DNA of 59,938 bases. It comes from an uncultured bacterium (lineage in GTDB: Bacteria > JADJOY01). Positions within the stretch are counted from its first letter, which is position 1, and each line of letters opens with the position of its first letter. This document shows, piece after piece, positions 33,391 to 40,867 of the stretch. The stretch covers positions 1 to 59,938 of the forward strand of contig CAYVDO010000002.1 of assembly GCA_964450125.1 (NCBI GenBank), given 5' to 3'. Both the position numbers and the translations under genes were made by a program. The notes below the pieces were generated by a model. It was not told where the DNA came from. It did no database searches and was given only the letters and a program-made list of their open reading frames with translations.

Positions 33391-33950
33391 ATGCCCGCCC
33401 CTGCTTCATCACCGTCGCAAGAGCCGCCCGCACCTCCCTCGGACGAGCCCGCCTCTCGACGTGACGGCGAGTCCTCGTTCTCGCTTCGTCGTCTCGTCGT
33501 CGGCGCGCCTCGCGATCGCAGCGACACGTCGATCTCCCATCGCCTCTCGCTGATTCCATTCCTGGCGTGGGTGGGGCTTGGTGCGGATGGACTTTCGTCG
33601 TTCGCCTACGGACCCGGAGAGGCGTTCCGCACGCTGGGTGAGCACACGTATCTGGCGGTCGGCTCGGCCGCGCTCACGGCCACCACGGTCTTCCTGATCT
33701 CCGCCGCGTACAGCCGAATCATCGAGCACTTCCCCCACGGCGGGGGTGGATCCGTGGTCACGACCAAGCTCTTGGGCGAGCGCGTCGGCGTGATCTCGGG
33801 CGTGGCGCTGCTCGCCGACTACGTGCTCACCATCACGGTGTCGATCGCAGCGGCTGGCTCGCCTGGAACTGCGCATTGGAGATCGTCGCGATCGTCGGCC
33901 TGACCACCCTCGACAGCCGGGGCGTGAAGGAGTCGGTGCTGGTGCTCGCG
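33391..33950 (+). pseudogene. Remnant of a KimA-like APC-family K+ transporter/permease (N-terminal ~150 codons only, frameshifted)
   Basis: GADGLSSFAYGPGEAF...AAYSRIIEHFPHGGGGSVVTTKLLGERVGVISGVALLADYVLTITVSIAAAG matches the KimA/APC N-terminus by eye. The next conserved block, LEIVAIVGLTTLDSRGVKESVLVLA, is in another frame (from 33876). Similarity then stops, and the rest of a protein that in this family is about 600 aa is absent. Confidence 0.65.
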
Positions 33951-34046
33951 GCACAGGCGGGCGTCCTCGACGGCCCGCGGGAGCGAGTGTTTCGAGCTCG
34001 CCGACGCCTCCGCGGGCGCCGCCGAGATGGGTCGCAGCGAGAGTGC

Positions 34047-35327
34047 TCAGGGACCGACGCGACGCGCGAGCGCGTGCCACTCGCGCTCGAGCTTCTCGCG
34101 GTCATCCGGATGGGCGATCCCGATCAGCGCTCGTGCCCGCTCGAACAGCGACTTGCCGAAGAGATCGGCCACGCCGTACTCGGTCACCACGTAGTGGACG
34201 TGCTGGCGAGTGGTGACCACACCCGCACCGGGGCGCAGCGTCGCGACGATCCGCGAATCACCCTTCTTGGCGCGGCTGGTCAACGCGATGATCGGCTTGC
34301 CACCTTCGGAGAGCGCCGCGCCGCGCATGAAATCGAGCTGGCCGCCCACGCCCGAAATGATGCGATGGCCGATCGAGTCGGCGCAGACCTGACCGGTGAG
34401 ATCGACCTCCACCGCGGAATTGATCGCCGTCACCTTCGGGTTGCGGGCGATGGTCGTGGGTCGGTTGACGTAGGCGATGTCGAGCAGCACCACCGCTGGA
34501 TTGTCGTCGATGTAGTCGTAGAGCTTGCGCGAGCCGGTCGCAAATCCGGCCACCAGCTTGTCCGGGTGAATCTCCTTGCGCGAATTGTCGATGGCGCCGC
34601 ACTCGATCAATGGCAACACACCGTCGGAGACCATCTCCGTGTGAATGCCGAGGTGCTTGTGATCGCCGAGCGCGGCGAGCACCGCATCGGGCACGGCGCC
34701 GATGCCCATCTGCAGCGTCGCGCCGTCTTCCACCAAGCCGGCGACGTTCCGGCCGATCGCCTGCTCCTCCGCGCTCAGCTTGCTGGGTGGGCTCTCGGGC
34801 AACGGTCGATCCACGTCGATGGCGAAGTCGATCCGGCTCACGTGCAGGAAGCCGTCGCCGTGGGTTCGCGGCATGCGCGTGTTGATCTCCGCCACCACCA
34901 CGTCGGCGGACTCGGCGGCGGCAATGGCCACATCCACGCTCGGCCCTAGGGTGACGTACCCGTGCGCATCCGGTGGCGAGACCTGCAACAGCGCGACGTT
35001 GACCGGACGACGACCCTCGCGGAAAAGCCTCGGGATCTCCGAGAGAAACATCGGTACGTAGTCGTTGCGCTCGGTACCGACCGTCTTGCGGACGTTGTGC
35101 CCGACGAACAGGTTCGCGATGCGGAAGCTCTCTGCGTACTGCGGACGCGCGTAGGCGGCGTCGCCGGAGGTGTGGAGATGGGTGAGCTCGACGTCGCGCA
35201 GGCGCGGCGCTTGCTCGACCAGCGCAGCCACCAGTTCGAGCGGAGTGGCGGCACCACCGTGGACGAACACGCGGTGCCCAGATTGGATGCAAGCAACGGC
35301 TTCGGATGCGGAGAAAAGGCGGCGCAT
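34047..35327 (-). CDS. Acetyl-CoA hydrolase/transferase family protein (4-hydroxybutyrate or succinyl-CoA:acetate CoA-transferase-like)
   Basis: Start MRRLFSASEAVACIQSGHRVFVHGGAATP (ATG at 35327). Also LQMGIGAVPDAVL and GVGGQLDFMRGA. Length 426 aa. Confidence 0.9.
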   Translation of the reverse strand: MRRLFSASEAVACIQSGHRVFVHGGAATPLELVAALVEQAPRLRDVELTHLHTSGDAAYARPQYAESFRIANLFVGHNVRKTVGTERNDYVPMFLSEIPRLFREGRRPVNVALLQVSPPDAHGYVTLGPSVDVAIAAAESADVVVAEINTRMPRTHGDGFLHVSRIDFAIDVDRPLPESPPSKLSAEEQAIGRNVAGLVEDGATLQMGIGAVPDAVLAALGDHKHLGIHTEMVSDGVLPLIECGAIDNSRKEIHPDKLVAGFATGSRKLYDYIDDNPAVVLLDIAYVNRPTTIARNPKVTAINSAVEVDLTGQVCADSIGHRIISGVGGQLDFMRGAALSEGGKPIIALTSRAKKGDSRIVATLRPGAGVVTTRQHVHYVVTEYGVADLFGKSLFERARALIGIAHPDDREKLEREWHALARRVGP

Positions 35328-35462
35328 GGCGATCTCTCGATGGAATGGACGGGTGGCGCGCAAGGATGGCCAGCCCCGCACCTCGCGGCCAGTACTCGCG
35401 CCAGCCGGCACGCCGCAGCCGAACGCGCCTGCTACTCTTGCCGCGCATTGGAGAGGGAGACG

Positions 35463-36323
35463 GTGAGCGACACCACACGCAGCAAGAGCGACGACCGCGC
35501 GGCGGTCGCGGAGCGGATGCTCAAGCTCTTCGACAAGCATTCCGAGATCGAAGCGGTGTGGCTCTTTCCGCCCCGCTCGCGAGGCAGCAGCGGTGCCGCG
35601 GGGAGCACCGACCTCGGCGTGCTCTTCCGCGAGAACGGCACTCCCGCGGACTCGGCGGCGTGGCAGGAACGGCTCGGCCACGAGCTGGCTCGCGCCGGCG
35701 TCGAACGGCCGCGAGTGGTACTGCTCGAAGAAGCGGAAGCGACGCTCCGGCATCGGGCCATCGAGCGCGGCCAGGCCATCTTCTTTCGCGACGCGCTGAA
35801 GGTAAAAGAATTCCGAGCCCGCACCTGGATGGAGTACGTGGATCGCGACGCGCCGACGGGGCAGCGCATCGCGTCGATGCGAGGTGCGGGCGCCAAGCTG
35901 AGCGGCGAAGCAGGCAGACACGAGCGCGTCGAGGCGCTGCGCCAGCACACCGAGCGGATCGGCGCCACGCTGCGCGCAGGCGGTGAGCGATTCGCCACCG
36001 ACCGCGGCATCCAGGACTCGATCCTCTTCAACCTGATCCAGGCTTGCCAGGCCGCCGAGGATCTCTTCGCCGAGCTGCTGGCCCGCACCGATCACGCCGG
36101 CGACGAGCGCCTCGACGAGCGCGATCCTTTTGAGGCCGTCATCGAGGCGAACCTGGTGCCCACCGAGCTGGCGCAGCGCATCGCGGCCGTGATGCGACTG
36201 CGCAACGTGGTGCTCTACCGTTACGCGGAGCTGGATCTGGGGATCGTTCTCAAGCACCTGCCCAATGCGATCGAGGCTCTGGACGAGCTCGCGCGAAGCT
36301 GGGACTCGATCTGCACGAAATAG
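35463..36323 (+). CDS. Fusion of an MNT-like nucleotidyltransferase domain and a HepT/DUF86-like domain, both with degenerate catalytic motifs
   Basis: GTG start at 35463 after ggagagggaga. N-terminal segment LFPPRSRGSSGAAGSTDLGVLF (compare GSxx...DxD). C-terminal segment MRLRNVVLYRYAELD (compare Rx4HxY). Confidence 0.65.
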   Translation: MSDTTRSKSDDRAAVAERMLKLFDKHSEIEAVWLFPPRSRGSSGAAGSTDLGVLFRENGTPADSAAWQERLGHELARAGVERPRVVLLEEAEATLRHRAIERGQAIFFRDALKVKEFRARTWMEYVDRDAPTGQRIASMRGAGAKLSGEAGRHERVEALRQHTERIGATLRAGGERFATDRGIQDSILFNLIQACQAAEDLFAELLARTDHAGDERLDERDPFEAVIEANLVPTELAQRIAAVMRLRNVVLYRYAELDLGIVLKHLPNAIEALDELARSWDSICTK

Positions 36324-36341
36324 AACTGGCGCAGGAGGGAC

Positions 36342-37700
36342 ATGGATACTGCCTACGTCGTCGACACCAGCGTCTTGGTCCACGATCCTCGCGCGCTCAA
36401 CGCCTTCCGCAAGACCACCGTCGCCATCCCCATCTTCGTGGTGATGGAGCTCGACGACCTCAAGAACAACCGCCGCTTCGAGGTCGCCGCCGCCGCGCGA
36501 GTGGCTTCACGCTTCATCTCTTCGCTGCGCGAGTTCGGGAACCTCTCGGGCGAAGCCGGCGTGCACCACCCCGACCTCGGCACCACCTTCCACATCATCT
36601 CGGACGGCAACGGCGGGCTCGACCACCTGAGCGAACGCACCAACGACCGCAGCATGGATCTCTTGATCCTCGCCTCGGCGCTGGCGCTCAAGCAGCGCGA
36701 CCTCTACAAGCGCGTGGTGCTCATCAGCAAAGACGTGAACCTGCGCATCCTCGCCGATTTCGAAGGCCTGGAAGCCGAGGACTACGAGACTGATCGGGTC
36801 GAGCTACGCGACCTCTACACCGGCTACCGCATTCTCGAACGGCAATCGGTGCCGTCCGTGGACGAGTGGGGAGACGAGAGCGTGCTCGTGCCCCGCGAGC
36901 TGGGCCTCGCCGATCTACACCCCAACGAATTCGTGGCGGTGAAGAGCGGGCCCGCCGAGCGCGTGTGGCGCTATCAGTCGGTGACCGGACAGCTCGAGCC
37001 CGTCGCCGCCGAGTTCCGCGAGCTCGCCGACGTGCAGCCGCGCAACATCGAGCAACGCATGGCGCTCGATCTGCTGCTCGACCCGCGGGTGAAGCTGGTG
37101 ACGCTGGTGGGTAAAGCCGGCACCGGCAAGACGTTCCTGGCCCTGGCCGCCGCGCTGGCGCAGGTGCAGAAGGGCAAGAAGCGGCGCTCCTACGAGCGCA
37201 TCCTGCTCTCGAAGCCGGTGGTGTCGATGGGCCAGGACGTGGGCTATCTGCCCGGAGACTTCGACGCCAAGATGCAGCCGTGGATGACGTCGTTCTTCGA
37301 CAACTTCGATCAGCTCATCGTGAGCGACGGCGCCGCCTCCGGCAAAGGCGCCACCCGAGATACCAAGAGCTGGGAGTACCTCTTCCACTCGCGCCAGCTC
37401 GAGGTGCAGGCGATCCACACCATCCGCGGGCGTTCGATCTCGTCGGCGTTCATGCTCATCGACGAGGCCCAGAACTTGACGCCGCACGAGGTGAAGACCG
37501 TCATCACCCGCGCCGCCGACGGCACCAAGGTGGTGCTCGCCGGCGACCCGTACCAGGTGGACAACCACTTCCTCGACCAGCACTCGAACGGGCTGGTCTA
37601 CGTGACCGAGCGGCTCAAGAGCTCGCCGATCACGGGCACGGTGTTCTTCTCGCGCGGCGAACGCAGCGAGCTCGCCGAGCTGGCCGCGACGCAGCTCTGA
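36342..37700 (+). CDS. PhoH2-type protein (N-terminal PIN domain + PhoH ATPase)
   Basis: PIN segment YVVDTSVLVHDP...VVMELDDL. PhoH Walker A LVGKAGTGKTFLALA and Walker B FMLIDEAQNLT. Confidence 0.9.
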   Translation: MDTAYVVDTSVLVHDPRALNAFRKTTVAIPIFVVMELDDLKNNRRFEVAAAARVASRFISSLREFGNLSGEAGVHHPDLGTTFHIISDGNGGLDHLSERTNDRSMDLLILASALALKQRDLYKRVVLISKDVNLRILADFEGLEAEDYETDRVELRDLYTGYRILERQSVPSVDEWGDESVLVPRELGLADLHPNEFVAVKSGPAERVWRYQSVTGQLEPVAAEFRELADVQPRNIEQRMALDLLLDPRVKLVTLVGKAGTGKTFLALAAALAQVQKGKKRRSYERILLSKPVVSMGQDVGYLPGDFDAKMQPWMTSFFDNFDQLIVSDGAASGKGATRDTKSWEYLFHSRQLEVQAIHTIRGRSISSAFMLIDEAQNLTPHEVKTVITRAADGTKVVLAGDPYQVDNHFLDQHSNGLVYVTERLKSSPITGTVFFSRGERSELAELAATQL

Positions 37701-37703
37701 TTT

Positions 37704-37803
37704 CCGGGGGGCTTTTCAAGCCCGCGCCCGCCCGGAGTGAATCCGGGCGGATCCCACCCCCGAGTCACTCGCTTCGCTCGTGGCGTCGCGCTGCGACGCG
37801 CCA
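37704..37803 (+). repeat. Three-hairpin dispersed repeat, copy D
   Basis: Starts 4 nt after the PhoH2 stop. H1 gggctt-ttc-aagccc (37709-37723). H2 ccgcccgga-gtgaa-tccgggcgg (37728-37750). Then atcccacccccgagtcactcgcttcgctcg (near-identical to copy E) and H3 gcgtcgc-gct-gcgacgc (37783-37799). Confidence 0.7.
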
Positions 37804-37930
37804 CGTGGCGAATCCCTTCGTTGCCCGGTCCGGCATCCACATCGGGCTCTTCGAGCCGCCTGGGAGTGTAGGAGCGCCCGTGAGGCCGCCCGGGATCGGG
37901 ATCGACCGGCGCGCGCCCCACCGCCGCCGC

Positions 37931-38446
37931 TCAGCTCTTCGCCGGTGGCTTGCGCTCCAGCAGACAGAAACCGTGACCGAAGGGATCGGCGCAAGACGCT
38001 GCCGAGCCGTGCGCGGGGTTCTCGAAGATCTGCTCGACCGCGCCGCCCGCGTTCCGAACCCGCGCCATCATCCCGTTCAGCTCGTCGACGTGGAAGTCCA
38101 GGTGCACGGGTGTCCAGTGACGATCGTAGCGCCGGCTTTCCGCGGTCTTCGCTGACGGATGCGAGCCCAAGCTATCTGGACCGCTCTCGCACGGCGCTGC
38201 CGGCATACGCCTTTCCTTGCGCACGTTACGCCGGTGCCTGGCGGAGGACAACCCCGCTATCTGGGCGAAGATAACGCGATGGTGTGCTCGGGCCGGGGCA
38301 GCGCTCACTACCACCCCACCACGGGACCGTCGTAGGTTCGCACCCAGCGGCCTCCAGCGAGCGGCGTCGGCGAGATCGGGCCGGAAGCGGGCCGCGACGA
38401 GCTGCGCGTGACCGAGGGTGACTCGCGGGCGCGAGCGGTTGCGCAT
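37931..38446 (-). CDS. VOC/glyoxalase-like family protein; start uncertain
   Basis: C-terminal HLDFHVDELNGMMARVRNAGGAVE...ADPFGHGFCLL. Candidate start at MRNRSRPRVTLGHAQLV (38446) or MPAAP (38206). Confidence 0.5.
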   Translation of the reverse strand: MRNRSRPRVTLGHAQLVAARFRPDLADAARWRPLGANLRRSRGGVVVSAAPARAHHRVIFAQIAGLSSARHRRNVRKERRMPAAPCESGPDSLGSHPSAKTAESRRYDRHWTPVHLDFHVDELNGMMARVRNAGGAVEQIFENPAHGSAASCADPFGHGFCLLERKPPAKS

Positions 38447-38500
38447 CCGAGGGGCGATTCGGCGGTGCCGCACGCTGCGGGGGGGAGACGAGCCCGGCGT

Positions 38501-39592
38501 CTACGGCACGAATGCGAGGAACAGGTAGGACGCGAAAAGCACGAGGTGCACGGCGCCTTGCATCACGTACGTGCGGCCGGTGGTGAGGGTGACGGCGCTC
38601 ACCAGGAAGGTGATCGCGAGCATCACCATGTCCTTGGGTGCGACGCCGAGCACGAGCGGTAGGTCGAGGACGATCGAAGCGGTCACGACGACCGGCACGG
38701 TGAGGCCCACGCACGCGAGGGCCGAACCGATGGCGAGGTTCATGCTCGACTGAAGCCCGTTGGCGCGCGCGGCGCGCACGGCGGCCCACGTCTCCGGCAA
38801 GAGCACCAGCGCGGCGATGATGATGCCGACCACGGCGCGCGGGGCGTCGGCGGCGGCTACCGCGTTCTCGATGGTGGGCGAGAGCTTTTTCGCGAGGCCC
38901 ACGACGGCCACCAGCGCGAGCAGGAGCAGTCCGAAGCTTGTCCAAGCCTGGGCGTTGGTGGGTGGCGCGGCGAAATGCTCGGGCCCGCCGTCGCCGTCGG
39001 GTGGGAGGAAGTAGTCGCGGTGGCGGACGGTCTGGCTGAACACGAAGATCGCCCACAGTGCCGCCGAGGCCACCGCCACGAACGCGCGCTGCGACACGCT
39101 GTACGTGGGCCCCGGGGAGGTGATCGTGAACGCCGGCAGCACCAACGTGAGCGTGGCCATGACCATGAGCGCCGCGAGGCCAGCGCCAGCGCCTTCCACG
39201 CGGAACGTCTGCTCGCGGTGCGCGAGCCCGCCCACCCACACGCAGAGCCCCACCACGCCGGTCGAGATCAGCATCACCGCCGCGTAGATCGCGTCGCGCG
39301 GCAAGGTAGCCATGTCGTCGCCACCGGCGAGCATCATCGAGAGGATGAGTGCCGTCTCGATCGCGGTGACGGCGAGCGCGAGCACCAGCGTCCCGAACGG
39401 CTCGCCCACGCGATGGGCGACCACCTCGGCGTGATGGACCGCGGCGAACACGGCACCCGCGAGGGCTGCACCGCACACCAGCGCCAGCCACGGCGTCATG
39501 GCGATCGCCGCGGCAGCGCCGAGCGAGCCGAGGGCGAGCACGGGAATCAGCCAGGTCCAGAACGGCATCGTCGATCTCACCGGAGCCCGCAA
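38501..39592 (-). CDS. chaA: Ca2+/H+ antiporter (CaCA family, ChaA-like)
   Basis: 11-TM profile. Alpha-repeat motifs ALAVTAIETALILSMM and the second-half equivalent. Confidence 0.8.
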   Translation of the reverse strand: MRAPVRSTMPFWTWLIPVLALGSLGAAAAIAMTPWLALVCGAALAGAVFAAVHHAEVVAHRVGEPFGTLVLALAVTAIETALILSMMLAGGDDMATLPRDAIYAAVMLISTGVVGLCVWVGGLAHREQTFRVEGAGAGLAALMVMATLTLVLPAFTITSPGPTYSVSQRAFVAVASAALWAIFVFSQTVRHRDYFLPPDGDGGPEHFAAPPTNAQAWTSFGLLLLALVAVVGLAKKLSPTIENAVAAADAPRAVVGIIIAALVLLPETWAAVRAARANGLQSSMNLAIGSALACVGLTVPVVVTASIVLDLPLVLGVAPKDMVMLAITFLVSAVTLTTGRTYVMQGAVHLVLFASYLFLAFVP

Positions 39593-39657
39593 ACGTGGAC
39601 TCGGGGCAGATCAGGGTGGCAGCAAAACGCTGCCGAGCGAAACGGCGTGCACGGTGT

Positions 39658-40164
39658 TCAGCAAGCGCTACAGCGGCCTTGAATCAGCACTTGCGACACG
39701 TCGGCGATCGGCGGGCGCGGCGAGCCGGCACGGGGCGAGATGCGCACGTCCACGTTCGGCAAGCACGTGAGCGCGCCGCACCCAACACACACGAAATGGG
39801 GATGCACCTGATCGCGCGCGACGGCATGCGGCGCTGCGCCGCCCGCCGCACCTCGCTCGAATCGCCAGGTGTGGTCACCAAAGTCGATGCGCCTGAGCAA
39901 GCCAGCCTCGGTCAGGTCGATGAGGTTGCGATAGAGGGTGGCGCGATCGAAGCCGTGAGCGCTCAGGGCTTCGACGAGCTCGCCGTGGCTGAGTGGCGTG
40001 GACGAGCGCCCGAGCGCGCCGAGCACCGCGATTCGGGAGGTGGTGCCGCGCAGTCCAGCGCGTTGGAGATCGGCTCGGATCTGGGCCGTGTCGCTGGCAG
40101 GCGCCTCGCGACCCTCGGTCTCGGCTCGCGCGCGGCGTACGGCGGATCGATTCGACGATCGCAT
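39658..40164 (-). CDS. zur: Fur-family metalloregulator, probably Zur given the context
   Basis: Start MRSSNRSAVRR (ATG at 40164). Winged helix RIAVLGALGRSSTPLSHGELVEAL. HPHFVCVGCG...GRCSAC (two CxxC). Adjacent to znuA/znuB-like genes. Confidence 0.8.
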   Translation of the reverse strand: MRSSNRSAVRRARAETEGREAPASDTAQIRADLQRAGLRGTTSRIAVLGALGRSSTPLSHGELVEALSAHGFDRATLYRNLIDLTEAGLLRRIDFGDHTWRFERGAAGGAAPHAVARDQVHPHFVCVGCGALTCLPNVDVRISPRAGSPRPPIADVSQVLIQGRCSAC

Positions 40165-40356
40165 CGGAGAATCACGCTCGGGTCGCAACCGACCGCACGA
40201 GGGTACCACGCGCGTTTCGCCCGCTGGAACGGCGGACGCGCGCGACACGGCGTGAGCATCCTCGGGCCGCGCTGGTGGCCGACGACGCACCTCGGGTGTT
40301 AGAGAATTCAGGCCGCGCTCGTGATCCACTTCAGCGTCTCGGCATCCAGCTCGTCC

Positions 40357-40713
40357 ATGTCTCCGCGCTCGTTCTCGCCTCGTCGCAGCCTGGCGCTCGC
40401 GCTCGCGCTGGTGCTCGGCGCGTGGGCAAACCTCGACCTCGCCGCCTTCCACGGCCAGCGCGCCGTCGCTGGCGTGTCGGTGGGCGTGCCGTGGGCCGCC
40501 CAGCTCGCGGATGGCGGTCTGCAGACTGCGGCGCGGTCCAGCCACGCGACGAGCCACCAGTGCGTGTTCTCGTCGGTGGCGCATGGCACGCACACTGCGT
40601 CGTTCCAGCCCGAGCGCGGCGCCGCAGAAGCCTCCAGCCGCGCAGCCTCCGCGCTCGCTCTTCCCCGGCGCATCCCGGGGCGCACGGCGTCGGGCCTCGC
40701 TCCTCCCGCCTGA
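40357..40713 (+). CDS. Hypothetical small secreted protein (signal peptide, His/Cys-containing)
   Basis: MSPRSFSPRRSLALALALVLGAWA signal. Strong GC3 bias in this frame. SHATSHQCVFSSVAHGTH segment. No family assignment. Confidence 0.4.
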   Translation: MSPRSFSPRRSLALALALVLGAWANLDLAAFHGQRAVAGVSVGVPWAAQLADGGLQTAARSSHATSHQCVFSSVAHGTHTASFQPERGAAEASSRAASALALPRRIPGRTASGLAPPA

Positions 40714-40867
40714 TCTCGGCCTCGTTTCGCCGCGTGCTCGCGCCGTCGCCGTGTTCGCGCCCGTGATCCGCGGCTGATCCCCGAGATTCGCGCAGCGCGT
40801 GCCGCCGTCGCGGCGCACGCGGCGCACGTCGCGACGCGCGTTCGGCGCGTCGCGGGAGGACGATTCC

